A stretch of 64,000 nucleotides of DNA from Eledone cirrhosa (Eukaryota), in assembly GCA_964016885.1 (NCBI GenBank), contig OZ024743.1, forward strand, positions 12,710,001 to 12,774,000. The letters are read 5' to 3'. A program made the position numbers and the translations under genes. Positions 23,278 to 41,200 of the stretch are shown here, piece after piece. Under the pieces are notes generated by a model. That model saw only the letters and a program-made list of their open reading frames with translations, was not told where the DNA came from and searched no databases. Each line of letters begins with the position of its first letter. Position 1 is the first letter of the stretch.

Positions 23278-26200
23278 ATCAGCACCAATACCATCAGCAC
23301 CAACACTATCAGCACCAATACCATCAGCACCAATACTATCAGCACCAATACCATCAGCACCAATACCACCAGCACCAATACTATCAGCACCAATACTATC
23401 AACACCAATACCATCAGCACCAATACCATCAGCACCAATACTATCAGCACCAATACCACCAGCACCAATACTACCAGCACCAATACTATCAGCACCAATA
23501 CTATCAGCACCAATACTATCAGCACCAATACTATCAGGACCAATACCCCAGCACCAATAATATCAACACCAATACCATCAACACCAATACTATCAGCACC
23601 AATACTATCAGCAACAATACTATCAGCACCAATACCATCAGCACCAATACTATCAGCACCAATACCACCAGCACCAATACTATCAGCACCAATACCATCA
23701 GCACCAATACTATAAGCACCAATACTATCAGCACCAATACCATCAGCACCTATACTATCAGCACCAATACCACCAGCACCAATACTATCAGCACCAATAC
23801 CCCAGCACCAATACCATCAGCACCAATAATATCAGCACCAATACTATCAACACCAATACCCCAGCACCTATACTATCAGCACCAATACCATCAGCACCAA
23901 TACTATCAACACCAATACCCCAGCACCAATACTATCAGCACCAATACTATCAGCATCAATACCATCAGCACCAATACCATCAGCAGCAATACTATCAACA
24001 CCAATACTATCAACACCAATACCCCAGCACCAATACTATCAGCACCAATACTATCAGCATCAATACCATCAGCACCAATACTATCAGCACCAATACTATC
24101 ATCATCAACACCATCAGCACCAATACTATCAGCACCAATACAATCAGCACCAATACTATCAGCACCAATACTATCAACACCAATACTATCAGCATCAATA
24201 CTATCAGCACCAATACTATCAGCAGCAATACTATCAGCACCAATACCACAGCACCAATACCATCAGCACCAGTACCCCAGCACCAATATTATCAGCAGCA
24301 ATACTATCAGCACCAATACTATCAGCACCAATACCATCAGCACCAATACTATCAGCACCAATACCACCAGCACCAATACCACCAGCACCAATACTATCAG
24401 CACCAATACTATCAGCACCAATACTATCAGCACCAATACTATCAGCACCAATACCACCAACACCAATACCACCAGCACCAATACCACCAACACCAATACC
24501 CCAGCACCAATACTATCAGCACCAATACTATCAGCAGCAATACTATCAGCACCAATACCACCAGCACAAATACTAGCAGCACCAATACCATCAGCACCAA
24601 TACTATCAGCACCAATACTATCAGCAGCAATACTATCAGCACCAATACCATCAGCACCAATACTATCAGCACCAATACCACCAGCACAAATACTAGCAGC
24701 ACCAATACCATCAGCACCAATACTATCAGCACCAATACTATCAGCAGCAATACTATCAGCACCAATACCATCAGCACCAATACTATCAGCACCAATACCA
24801 CCAGCACCAATACTATCAGCACCAATACCATCAGCACAAATACTAGCAGCACCAATACCATCAGCACCAATACTATCAGCACCAATACCATCAGCACCAA
24901 TACCATCAGTACCAATACTATCAGCAGCAATACTATCAGCACCAATACCACCAGCACCAATACCATCAGCACCAATACTATCAGCACCAATACTATCAGC
25001 ACCAATACCATCAGCACAAATACTAGCAGCACCAATACCATCAGCACCAATACTATCAGCACCAATACCATCAGCACCAATACCATCAGTACCAATACTA
25101 TCAGCACCAATACCATCAGCACAAATACTAGCAGCACCAATACCATCAGCACCAATACTATCAGCACCAATACTATCAGCACCAATACCATCAGCACCAA
25201 TACTATCAGCACCAATACCATCAGCACCAATACCATCAGTACCAATACTATCAGCACCAATACCATCAGCACAAATACTATCAGCACCAATACCATCAGC
25301 ACCAATACCATCAGTACCAATACTATCAGCAGCAATACTATCAGCACCAATACCACCAGCACCAATACCATCAGCACCAATACTATCAGCACCAATACTA
25401 TCAGCACCAATACCATCAGCACAAATACTAGCAGCACCAATACCATCAGCACCAATACTATCAGCACCAATACCATCAGCACCAATACCATCAGCACCAA
25501 TACCATCAGTACCAATACTATCAGCAGCAATACTATCAGCACCAATACTATCAGCAGCAATACTATCAGCAGCAATACTATCAGCACCAATACCACCAGC
25601 ACCAATACCATCAGCACCAATACTATCAGCAGCAATACTATCAGCACCAATAGTATCAGCACCAATACTATCAACACCAATACTTTCAGCACCAATACTA
25701 TCAGCACCAATACCATCAGCACCAATACTATCAGCACCAATACCATCAGCACCAATACTATCAGCACCAATACCATCAGTACCAATACTATCTGCACCAA
25801 TACTATCAACACCAATACTTTCAGCACCAATACTATCAGCACCAATACCATCAGCACCAATACTATCAGCACCAATAGTATCAGCACCAATACTATCAGC
25901 ACCAATACTATCAGCACCAATACCATCAGCACCAATACTATCAGCACCAATACCATCAGTACCAATACTATCTGCACCAATACTATCAACACCAATACTT
26001 TCAGCACCAATACTATCAGCACCAATACTATCAGCACCAATACTATCAGCACCAATACTATCAACACCAATACTATCAGCACCAATACTACCAGCACCAA
26101 TACCATCAGCACCAATACTATCAGCACCAATACCATCAGCACCAATACTATCAGCACCAATACTATCAACACCAATACTATCAGCACCAATACTATCAGC

Positions 26201-29200
26201 ACCAATACTATCAACACCAATACAATCAGCACCAATACCCCAACACCAATACTATCAGCACCAATACCATCAGCACCAATACCATCAGCACCAATACCAT
26301 CAGCACCAATACTATCAGCACCAATACTATCAGCACCAATACTATCAGCACCAATACTATCAACACCAATACGATCAGCACCAATACCCCAACACCAATA
26401 CTATCAGCACCAATACCACCAGCACCAATACTATCAGCACCAATACCATCAGCACCAATACCATCAGCACCAATACCACAGCACCAATACTATCAGCACC
26501 AATACTATCAGCACCAATACCACCAGCACCAATACATCAGCACCAATACCATAAGCACCAATACTATCAGCACCAATACTATCAGCACCAATACTATCAG
26601 CACCAATACTATCAGCACCAATACTATCAGCACCAATACTATCAGCACCAATACAATCAGCACCAATACTATCAGCACCAATATTATCAGCACCAATACC
26701 ATCAGCACCAATACTATCAGCACCAATACTATCAGCACCAATACTATCACCACCAATACTATCACCACCAATACTATCAACACCAATACTATCACCACAA
26801 ATACCATCAGCACCAATACCCCAGCAACAATACCATCATCACCAATACCATCAGCACCAATACTGTCAGCACCAATACCATCAGCACCAATACTATCAGC
26901 ACCACCAATACTATCAGCACCAATACTATCAACACCAATATTATCAGCATCAATACCATCAGCACCAATACCAACAGCACCAATACTATCAGCACCAATA
27001 CTATCAACACCAATACTATCAACACCAATACTATCACCACAAATACCATCAGCACCAATACCCCAGCAACAATACCATCATCACCAATACCATCAGCACC
27101 AATACTGTCAGCACCAATACCATCAGCACCAATACTATCAGCACCACCAATACTATCAGCACCAATACTATCAACACCAATATTATCAGCATCAATACCA
27201 TCAGCACCAATACCAACAGCACCAATACTATCAGCACCAATACTATCAACACCAATACTATCACCACAAATACCATCAGCACCAATACCCCAGCAACAAT
27301 ACCATCATCACCAATACCATCAGTACCAATACTGTCAGCACCAATACCATCAGCACCAATACTATCAGCACCACCAATACTATCAGCACCAATACTATCA
27401 ACACCAATATTATCAGCATCAATACCATCAGCACCAATACCAACAGCACCAATACTATCAGCACCAATACTATCAGCATCAATACCCAGCACTAATACTA
27501 TCAGCACCAATACCACCAGCACCAATACTATCAACACCAATACCCCAGCACCAATACTATCAGCACCAATACTATGAGCATCAATACTATCAGCACCAAT
27601 ACTATAAGCACCAATACTATCAGCATCAATACTATCAGCACCAATACCACCAGCACCAATACTATGAACACCAATAACCCAGCACCAATACTATCAGCAC
27701 CAATAACCCAGCACCAATACTATCAGCACCAATACCACCAACACCATTACTATCAGAACCAATACCATCAGCACCAATACTATCAGCACCAATACTATCA
27801 GCACCAATACCCCAGCACCAATACTATCTGCACCAATACTATCAACACCAATACTTTCAGCACCAATACTATCAGCACCAATACTATCAGCACCAATACT
27901 ATCAGCACCAATACTATCAGCACCAATATTATCAGCACCAATACTATCAGCACCAATACTATCAGCACCAATACTATCAGCACCAATACCATCAGCACCA
28001 ATACTATCAGCACCAATACCATCAGCACCAATACTATCAGCACCAATACTATCAGCACCAATACCATCAGCACCAATACTATCAGCAACAATAGTATCAG
28101 CGCCAATACTATCAGCACCAATACTATCAACACCAATACTATCAGCACAAATACTATCAGCACCAATACCATCAGCACCAATACTATCAGCACCAATACC
28201 ATCAGCACCAATACTATCAGCAACAATAGTATCAGCGCCAACACTATCAGCACCAATACTATCAACACCAATACTATCAGCACAAATACTATCAACACCA
28301 ATACCCCAGCAACAATACTATCAGCACCAATACTATCAGCACCAATACCATCAGCACAAATACTATCAGCACCAATACCATCAGCACCAATACCACCAGC
28401 ACCAATACTATGAGCACCAATACTATCAGCACCAATACCATCAGCACCAATACCATCAGCACCAATACTATCAGCACCAATACCATCAGCACCAATACTA
28501 TCAGCACCAATACCATCAGAACCAATACTATCAGCACCAATACTATCAGCACCAATACTATCAGCACCAATACCATCAGCACCAATACTATCAGCACCAA
28601 TACTATCAGCACCAATACTATCAGCACCAATACCATCAGCACAAATACTATCAGCAGCAATACTATCAGCACCATTACTATCAGCACCAATACTATCAGC
28701 ACCAATACCATCAGCACCAATACTATCAGCACCAATACTATCAGCACCAATACCATCAGCACCAATACCATCAGCACCAATACTATCAGCACCAATACCA
28801 TCAGCACCAATACTATCAGCACCAATACCATCAGAACCAATACTATCAGCACCAATACTATCAGCACCAATACTATCAGCACCAATACCATCAGCACCAA
28901 TACTATCAGCACCAATACTATCAGCACCAATACTATCAGCACCAATACCATCAGCACAAATACTATCAGCAGCAATACTATCAGCACCATTACTATCAGC
29001 ACCAATACTATCAGCACCAATACCATCAGCACCAATACTATCAGCACCAATACTATCAGCACCAATACTATCAGCACCAATACTATCAGCACCAATACTA
29101 TCAGCACCAATACTATCAGCACCAATACCATCAGCACCAATACTATCAGCACCAATACCATCAGCACCAATACTATCAGCACCAATACTATCAGCACCAA

Positions 29201-32200
29201 TACCATCAGCACCAATACTATCAGCAACAATAGTATCAGCGCCAATACTATCAGCACCAATACTATCAACACCAATACTATCAGCACAAATACTATCAGC
29301 ACCAATACCATCAGCACCAATACTATCAGCACCAATACCATCAGCACCAATACTATCAGCAACAATAGTATCAGCGCCAATACTATCAGCACCAATACTA
29401 TCAACACCAATACTATCAGCACAAATACTATCAACACCAATACCCCAGCACCAATACCATCAGCACCAATACTATCAGCACCAATACCATCAGCACAAAT
29501 ACTAGCAGCACCAATACCATCAGCACCAATACCACCAGCACCAATACTATGAGCACCAATACTATCAGCACCAATACCATCAGCACCAATACCATCAGCA
29601 CCAATACTATCAGCACCAATACTATCAGCACCAATACTATCAGCACCAATACCATCAGAACCAATACTATCAGCACCAATACTATCAGCACCAATACTAT
29701 CAGCACCAATACCATCAGCACCAATACTATCAGCACCAATACTATCAGCACCAATACTATCAGCACCAATACCATCAGCACAAATACTATCAGCAGCAAT
29801 ACTATCAGCACCATTACTATCAGTACCAATACTATCAGCACCAATACCATCAGCACCAATACTATCAGCACCAATACTATCAGCACCAATACCATCAGCA
29901 CCAATACCATCAGCACCAATACAATCAGCACCAATACCATCAGCACCAATACTATCAGCACCAATACCATCAGAACCAATACTATCAGCACCAATACTAT
30001 CAGCACCAATACTATCAGCACCAATACCATCAGCACCAATACTATCAGCACCAATACTATCAGCACCAATACTATCAGCACCAATACCATCAGCACAAAT
30101 ACTATCAGCAGCAATACTATCAGCACCATTACTATCAGCACCAATACTATCAGCACCAATACCATCAGCACCAATACTATCAGCACCAATACTATCAGCA
30201 GCAATACTATCAGCACCAATACTATCAGCACCAATACTATCAGCACCAATACTATCAGCACCAATACTATCAGCACCAATACCATCAGCACCAATACTAT
30301 CAGCACCAATACCATCAGCACCAATACTATCAGCAGCAATACTATCAGCACCAATACCATCAGCACCAATACTATCAGCACCAATACTATCAGCACCAAT
30401 ACCATCAGCACCAATACTATCAGCACCAATACCATCAGCACCAATACTATCAGCACCAATACTATCAGCACCAATACTATCAACACCAATACTATCAGCA
30501 CCAATACTATCAGCACCAATACTACCAGCACCAATACTATCAGCACCAATAACATCAGCACCAATACCACCAGCACCAATACTATCAACAACAATACTAT
30601 CAGCACCAATATTATCAGCACCAATACTATCAGCACCAATACCATCAGCACAAATACTATCAGCAGCAATACTATCAGCACCATTACTATCAGCACCAAT
30701 ATTATCAGCACCAATACCACCAGCACCAATACTATCAACAACAATACTATCAGCACCAATATTATCAGCACCAATACTATCAGCACCAATACCATCAGCA
30801 CCAATACTATCAGCACCAATACCATTGGCACCAATACCATCAGCACCAATACTATCAGCATCAATACTATCAGCACCTATACAATCAGCACCAATACTAT
30901 CAGCACCAATACTATCAGCACCAATACCACCAGCACCAATACTATCAGCACCAATACTATCAGCACCAATACCATCAGCACCAATACCACCAGCACCAAT
31001 ACTATCAGCACCAATACTATCAACACCAATACTATCAGCACCAATACCATGAACACCAATACTATCAACACCAATACTATCAACGTCAATACCATCAGCA
31101 CCAATACTATCAGCACCAATACTATCAACACCAATACCATCAGCACCAATACCATCAGCAACAATACCATCAGCACCAACACTATCAGCACCAATACTAT
31201 CAGCACCAATACCATCAGCACCAACACTATCAGCACCAATACTATCAGCACCAATACCATCAGCACCAATACTATCAGCACCAATACTATAAGCACCAAT
31301 ATAATCAACAACAATACTATCAGCACCAATACCATCAGCACCAATACCATCAGCACCAATACTATCAGCACCAATACTATCAGCACCAATACCATCAGCA
31401 CCAATACTATCAGCACCAATACTATCAGCACCAATACCATCAGCACCAATACCACCAGCACCAATACTATCAGTACCAATACCATCAGGACCAATACTAT
31501 CAGCACCAATACTATCAGCACCAATACTATCAACACCAATACTATCAACACCAATACCACCAGCACCAATACTATCAGCACCAATAATATCAACACCAAT
31601 ACTATCAACACCAATACTATCAGCACCAATACCAATCAGCACCAATACCATCAGCACCAATACCATCAGCACCAATACTATCAGCACCAATAATATCAAC
31701 ACCAATACTATCAACACCAATACTATCAGCACCAATACCATCAGCACCAATACCATCAGCACCAATACTATCAGCACCAATCATATCAACACCAATACTA
31801 TCAACACCAATACTATCAGCACCAATACCATCAGGAACAATACCATCAGCACCAATACCATCAGCACCAATACCAACAGCACCAATACCATCAGCACCAA
31901 TACTATCAGCACCAATACTATCAGCACCAATACTATCAACACCAATACCATCGGCACCAATACCAACAGCACCAATACTATCAACACCAATACTATCAAC
32001 ACCAATACCATCGGCACCAATACCACCAGCACCAATACTATCAACAACAATACTATCAGCACCAATATTATCAGCACCAATACTATCAGCACCAATACCA
32101 TCAGCACCAATACTATCAGCACCAATACCATTGGCACCAATTCCATCAGCACCAATACTATCAGCATCAATACTATCAGCACCTATACAATCAGCACCAA

Positions 32201-35200
32201 TACTATCAGCACCAATACTATCAGCACCAATACCACCAGCACCAATACTATCAGCACCAATACTATCAGCACCAATACCATCAGCACCAATACCACCAGC
32301 ACCAATACTATCAGCACCAATACTATCAACACCAATACTATCAGCACCAATACCATGAACACCAATACTATCAACACCAATACTATCAACGTCAATACCA
32401 TCAGCACCAATACTATCAGCACCAATACTATCAACACCAATACCATCAGCACCAATACCATCAGCAACAATACCATCAGCACCAACACTATCAGCACCAA
32501 TACTATCAGCACCAATACCATCAGCACCAACACTATCAGCACCAATACTATCAGCACCAATACCATCAGCACCAATACTATCAGCACCAATACTATAAGC
32601 ACCAATATAATCAACAACAATACTATCAGCACCAATACCATCAGCACCAATACCATCAGCACCAATACTATCAGCACCAATACTATCAGCACCAATACCA
32701 TCAGCACCAATACTATCAGCACCAATACTATCAGCACCAATACCATCAGCACCAATACCACCAGCACCAATACTATCAGTACCAATACCATCAGGACCAA
32801 TACTATCAGCACCAATACTATCAGCACCAATACTATCAACACCAATACTATCAACACCAATACCACCAGCACCAATACTATCAGCACCAATAATATCAAC
32901 ACCAATACTATCAACACCAATACTATCAGCACCAATACCAATCAGCACCAATACCATCAGCACCAATACCATCAGCACCAATACTATCAGCACCAATAAT
33001 ATCAACACCAATACTATCAACACCAATACTATCAGCACCAATACCATCAGCACCAATACCATCAGCACCAATACTATCAGCACCAATCATATCAACACCA
33101 ATACTATCAACACCAATACTATCAGCACCAATACCATCAGGAACAATACCATCAGCACCAATACCATCAGCACCAATACCAACAGCACCAATACCATCAG
33201 CAACAATACTATCAGCACCAATACTATCAGCACCAATACTATCAACACCAATACCATCGGCACCAATACCAACAGCACCAATACTATCAACACCAATACT
33301 ATCAACACCAATACTATCAGCACCAATATCCCAGCACCAATACTATCGGCACCAATACCATCAGCACCAATACCACCAGCACCAATACCATCAGCACCAA
33401 TACCATCAGCACCAATACTATCAGCACCAATACTATCAACACCAATACCATCAGCACCAATACTATCAGCACCAATACTAGCAACACCAATACCAGCAGC
33501 ACCAATACTATCAGCATCAATACTATCAGCACCAATACCATCAGCACCAATACTATCAGCACCAATACTATCAGCAGCAATACTATCAGCACCAATACCA
33601 CCAGCACAAATACCACCAGCACCAATACTATCAGCACCAATACTATCAACACCAATACTATCAACACCAATACCATCAGCACCAATACCATCAGCATCAA
33701 TACTATCAGCATCAATACTATAGCACCAATACTATCAGCACCAATACCATCAGCACCAATACCACCAGCACCAATACCATCAGCACCAATACCATCAGCA
33801 CCAATACTATCAGCACCAATACTATCAGCACCAATACTATCAGCACCAATACCATCAGCACCAATACCACCAGCACCAATACCATCAGCACCAAAACCAC
33901 CAGCACAAATAATATCAGCACCAATACCATCAGCACCAATACTACCAGCACCAATACCATCAGCACCAATACCATCAGCACCAATACTACCAGCAACAAT
34001 ACCATCAGCACCAATACCATCAGTACCAATACTATCAACACCAATACTATCTGCACCAATACCACCAGCACCAATACTATCAACACCAATACTATCAGCA
34101 CCAATACTATCAACACCAATATTATCAGCACCAATACCATCAGCACCAATACTACCAGCACCAATACCATCAGCACCAATACCATCAGTAACAATACTAT
34201 CAACACCAATACTATCACCACCAATACTATCAGCACCAATACTATCAGCACCAATACTATCAGCACCAATACCATCAGCACCAATACTATCAGCACCAAT
34301 ACCATCAGCACCAATACCACCAGCACCAATACTATCAGCACCAATACCATCAGCACCAATACCACCAGCACCAATACTACCAGCACCAATACCATCAGCA
34401 CCAATACCATCAGTAACAATACTATCAACACCAATACTATCAGCACCAATACTATCAGCACCAATACTATCAGCACCAATACTATCAGCACCAATACCAT
34501 CAGCACCAATACTATCAGCACCAATACCATCAGCACCAATACCACCAGCACCAATACTATCAGCACCAATACCATCAGCACCAATACCACCAGCACCAAT
34601 ACTACCAGCACCAATACCATCAGCACCAATACCATCAGTAACAATACTATCAACACCAATACTATCAGCACCAATACTATCAGCACCAATACTATCAGCA
34701 TCAATACTATAGCACCAATACTATCAGCACCAATACTATCACCACCAATACTATCAGCACCAATACTATCAGCACCAATACCATCAGCACCAATACCATC
34801 AACACCAATACCATCAACACCAATACCATCAGCACCAAAACCACCAGCACAAATAATATCAGCACCAATACCATCAGCACCAATACTATCAGCACCAATA
34901 CCATCAGCACCAATACTATCCACACCAATACTATCAGCACCAATACTATCAACACCAATACCATCAACAGCAATGCCATCAGCACCAATACCACCAACAC
35001 CAATACTATCAGCACCAATACTATCAACACCAATACTATCAACACCAATACTATCAACACCAATACCATCAGCACCAATACTATCAGCACCAATACTATC
35101 AGCACCAATACCATCAGCAACGATACTATCAGCACCAATACTATCAGCACCAATACTATCAGCACCAATACTATCAGCAACGATACTATCAGCACCAATA

Positions 35201-38200
35201 CTATCAGCACCAATACCATCAGCACCAATACTATCAGCACCAATACTATCAGCAACGATACTATCAGCACCAATACTATCAGCACCAATACTATCAGCAC
35301 CAATACTATCAGCACCAATACTATCAACACCAATACCCCAGCACCAATACTATCAGCACCAATACTATCAGCACCAATACTAGCAACACCAATACCAGCA
35401 GCACCGATACCATCAGCACCAATACTATCAGCACCAATACTATCAGCACCAATACCACCAGCACCAATACTATCAGCACCAATACTATCAACACCAATAC
35501 TATCAACACCAATACCATCAGCACCAATACCATCAGCACCAATACTATCAGCATCAATACTATAGCACCAATACTATCAGCACCAATACCATCAGCACCA
35601 ATACCACCAGCACAAATACTATCAGCACCAATACCATCAGCACCAATACCATCAGCACCAATACTATCCACACCAATACTATCAGCACCAATACCATCAG
35701 CACCAATACCATCAGCACCAATACTATCAGCATCAATACTATAGCACCAATACTATCAGCACCAATACCATCAGCACCAATACCACCAGCACAAATACTA
35801 TCAGCACCAATACTATCAGCACCAATACCATCAGCACCAATACTATCCACACCAATACTATCATCACCAATACTATCAACACCAATACCATCAACAGCAA
35901 TGCCATCAGCACCAATACCATCAGCACCAATACCACCAGGCCCAATACTATCAGCACCAATACTATCAGCACCAATACCATCAGCACGAATACTATCAGC
36001 ACGAATACTATCAGCACCAATACCATCAGCAACGATACTATCAGCACCAATACTATCAGCACCAATACTATCAGCACCAATACTATCAACACCAATACAC
36101 CAGCACCAATACTATCAGCACCAATACTATCAGCATCAATACCACCAGCACCAATACCATCAGCACCAATACTATCAACACAAATACTATCAACACCAAT
36201 ACCCCAGCACCAATACTATCAGCACCAATACTATCAGCATCAATACCATCAGCACCAATACTATCAACACCAATACGCAGCACCAATACCATCAGCACCA
36301 ATACTATCAGCACCAATACTATCAGCATCAATACCATCAGCACCAATACCATCAGCACCAATACTATCAGCAGCAATACTATCAGCACCAATACCATCAG
36401 ACAATACCAGCAGCACCAATAGTATCAGCACCAATACCATCAGCACCAACACTATCAGCACCAATACTATCACCACCAATACCCCAGCACGAATACCATC
36501 AGCACCAATAATATCAGCACCAATACCATCAGCACCAATACCACCAGCACCAATACTATCAGCACCAATACTATCAGCAACAATACCACCAGCACCAATA
36601 CTAGCAGCACCAATACCATCAACACCAATACCATCAGCACCAATACCACCAGGCCCAATACTATCAGCACCAATACTATCAGCACCAATACTATCAGCAC
36701 CAATACTATCAGCACCAATACTATCAGCAACAATACTATCAGCACCAATACTATCAGCACCAATACTATCAGCACCAATACTATCAGCACCAATACTATC
36801 AACACCAATACCCCAGCACCAATACTATCAGCACCAATACTATCAGCATCAATACCATCAGCACCAATACCATCAGCACCAATACTATCAACACCAATAC
36901 TATCAACACCAATACCCCAGCACCAATACTATCAGCACCAATACTATCAGCATCAATACCATCAGCACCAATACTATCAGCACCAATACAATCAGCACCA
37001 ATACTATCAACACCAATACCATCAGAATCAATACTATCAGCACCAATACTATCAGCAGCAATACTATCAGCACCAATACCATCAGCACCAATACCATCAG
37101 CACCAATACCCCAGCACCAATATTATCAGCACCAATACCATCAGCACCAATACTATCAGCAGCAATACTACCAGCACCAATACTATCAGCACCAATACCA
37201 CCAGCACCAATACTATCAGCACCAATACCATCAGCACCAATACCACCAGCACGAATACCATCAGCACCAATAATATCAGCACCAATACTATCAACACCAA
37301 TACCCCAGCACCAATACTATCAGCACCAATACTATCAGCACCAATACTATCAGCACCAATACTATCAGCACCAATACCATCAGCACCAATACTATCAGCA
37401 CCAATAATATCAACACCAATACCCCAGCACCAATACTATCAGCACCAATACTATCAGCACCAATACCATCAGCACCAATACTATCAGCACCAATACCATC
37501 AGCACCAATACTATCAGCACCAATACCATTAGCACCAATACCATCAGCACCAATACTATCAGCACCAATACTATCAACACCAATACTATCAGCATCAATA
37601 CTATCAGCACCAATACCATCAGCACCAATACTATCAGCACCAATACTATCAACACCAATACCACAGCACCAATACTATCAGCACCAATACTATCAGCATC
37701 AATACTATCAGCACCAATACTATCAGCACCAATACTATCAGCACCAATACCCCAGCACCAATACCATCAGCACCAATACCATCAGCACCAATACTATCAG
37801 CACCAATACTATCAACACCAATACCACAGCACCAATACTATCAGCACCAATACCATCAGCACCAATACTATCAGCACCAATACTATCAGCACCAATACCC
37901 CAGCAACAATACTATCAGCACCAATACCACCAGCACCAATACTATCAGCACCAATACCATCAGCACCAATACCATCAGCACCAATACTATCAACATCAAT
38001 ACTATCAACACCAATACTATCAGCACTAATACCATCATCACTAATACCAACAGCACCAATACTAACAGCACCAATACCATCAGCACCAATACTATCAGCA
38101 CCAATACTATCAACACCAATACTATCAGCATCAATACTATCAGCACCAATACCATCAGCACCAATACTATCAGCACCAATAATATCAGCACCAATACCAC

Positions 38201-41200
38201 CATCACCAATACCATCAGCACCAATACTATCAGCACCAATACTATCAGCACCTATACTATCAGCACCAATACTATCAACACCAATACTATGAACACCAAT
38301 ACTATCAGCACCAATACCATCATCACCAATACCAACAGCACCAATACTATCAGCACCAATATCCCAGCACCAATACCACCAGCACCAATACTATCAGAAC
38401 CAATACCATCAGCACCAATACTATCAGCACCAATACTATCAGCACCAATACCCCAGCACCAATACTATCAGCACCAATACCATCAGCACCAATACCATCA
38501 GCACCAATACCATCAGCACTAATAACATCAGCACCCATACTATCAGCACCAATACCCCAGCACCAATACTATCAGCACCAATACCACCAGCACCAATACT
38601 ATCAGCACCAATACCACCAGCACCAATACTATCAGCACCAATACTATCAGCACCAATACTATCAACACCAATACTTTCAGCACCAATACTAATAGCACCA
38701 ATACCATCAGCACCAATACTATCAGCACCAATACTATCAGCACCAATACTATCAGCACGAATACTATCAGCACCAATACTATCAGCACCAATACTATCAG
38801 CACCAATACCATCAGTACCAATACTATCTGCACCAATACTATCAACACCAATACTTTCAGCACCAACACTATCAGCACCAATACTATCAGCACCAATACT
38901 ATCAGCACCAATACTATAAACACCAATACCATCAGCACCAATACTATCAGCACCAATACTATCAGCACCAATACTATCAACACCAATACTATCAGCACCA
39001 ATACTATCAACACCAATACTTTCAGCACCAACACTATCAGCACCAATACTATCAGCACCAATACTATCAGCACCAATACCATCAGCGCCAATACTATCAG
39101 CACCAATACTATCAGCACCAATACTATCAGCACCAATACTATCAGCACCAATACTATCAGCACCAATACCATCAGCGCCAATACTATCAGCACCAATACC
39201 ATCAGCGCCAATACTATCAGCACCAATACCATCAGCGCCAATACTATCAGCACCAATACTATCAACACCAATACTATCAGCACCAATACTATCAACACCA
39301 ATACTTTCAGCACCAACACTATCAGCACCAATACTATCAGCACCAATACTATCAGCACCAATACTATCAGCACCAATACTATCAACACCAATACTTTCAG
39401 CACCAACACTATCAGCACCAATACTATCAGCACCAATACCATCAGCGCCAATACTTTCAGCACCAACACTATCAACACCAATACTATCAGCACCAATACC
39501 ATCAGCGCCAATACTATCAGCACCAATACTATCAACACCAATACTATCAGCACCAATACTATCAACACCAATACTTTCAGCACCAACACTATCAGCACCA
39601 ATACTATCAGCACCAATACTATCAGCACCAATACTATCAGCACCAATACCATCAGCACCAATACTATCAGCACCAATACCATCAGCACCAATACCATCAG
39701 CACCAATACCATCAGCACCAATACTATCAGCACCAATACTATCAGCACCAATACTATCAGCACCAATACCATCAGCACCAATACTATCAGCACCAATACT
39801 ATCAGCACCAATACTATCAGCACCAATACTATCAGCACCAATACTATCAGCACCAATACCATCAGCACCAATACTATCAGCACCAATACTATCAGCACCA
39901 ATACTATCAGCACCAATACCATCAGCACCAATACCATCAGCACCAATACTATCAGCACCAATACTATCAGCACCAATACTATCAGCACCAATACCATCAG
40001 CACCAATACCATCAGCAACAATACCATCAGCACCAATACTATCAGCACCAATACTATCAGGACCAATACTATCAGCACCAATACTATCAGCACAAATACC
40101 ATCAGCACCAATACCACCAGCACCAATACATCAGCACCAATACTATCAGCACCAATACTATCAGCACCAATACCATCAGCACCAATACCATCAGCACCAA
40201 TACTATCAGCACCAATACTATCAGCACCAATACTATCAGCACCAATACCATCAGCACCAATACCATCAGCAACAATACCATCAGCACCAATACTATCAGC
40301 ACCAATACTATCAGGACCAATACTATCAGCACCAATACTATCAGCACAAATACCATCAGCACCAATACCACCAGCACCAATACATCAGCACCAATACCAT
40401 CAGCACCAATACTATCAGCACCAATACTATCAGCACCAATATCACCAGCACCATTACTATCAGCACCAATACTATCAGCACCAATACCATCAGCACCAAT
40501 ACTATCAGCACCAATACTATCAGCACCAATACCATCATCACCAATACCAACAGCACCAATACTATCAGCACCAATATCCCAGCACCAATACCACCAGCAC
40601 CAATACTATCAGAACCAATACCATCAGCACCAATACTATCAGCACCAATACTATCAGCACCAATACCCCAGCACCAATACTATCAGCGCCAATACCCCAG
40701 CAACAATACCATCAGCACCAATACTATCAGCACCAATACTATCAGCACCAATACCATCAGCACTAATACCATCAGCACCAATACTATCAGCACCAATACT
40801 ATCAGCACCAATATCCCAGCACTAATACTATCAGCACCAATACCCCAGCACCAATACTATCAGCACCAATACCACCAGCACCAATACTATCAGCACCAAT
40901 ACTATCATCACCAATACCATCATCACCAATACCAACAGCACCAATACTATCAGCACCAATACCATCAGAACCAATACCACCAGCACCAATACCATCAGCA
41001 CCAATACCACCAGTACCAATACCATCAGCACCAATACTATCAGCACCAATACTATCAGCACCAATACTATCAACACCAATACCATCAGCACCAATACTAT
41101 CAGCACCAATACCACCAGCACCAATACCATCAGCACCAATACCATCAGCACCAATACTATCAGCACCAATACCACCAGCACCAATACCATCAGCACCAAT

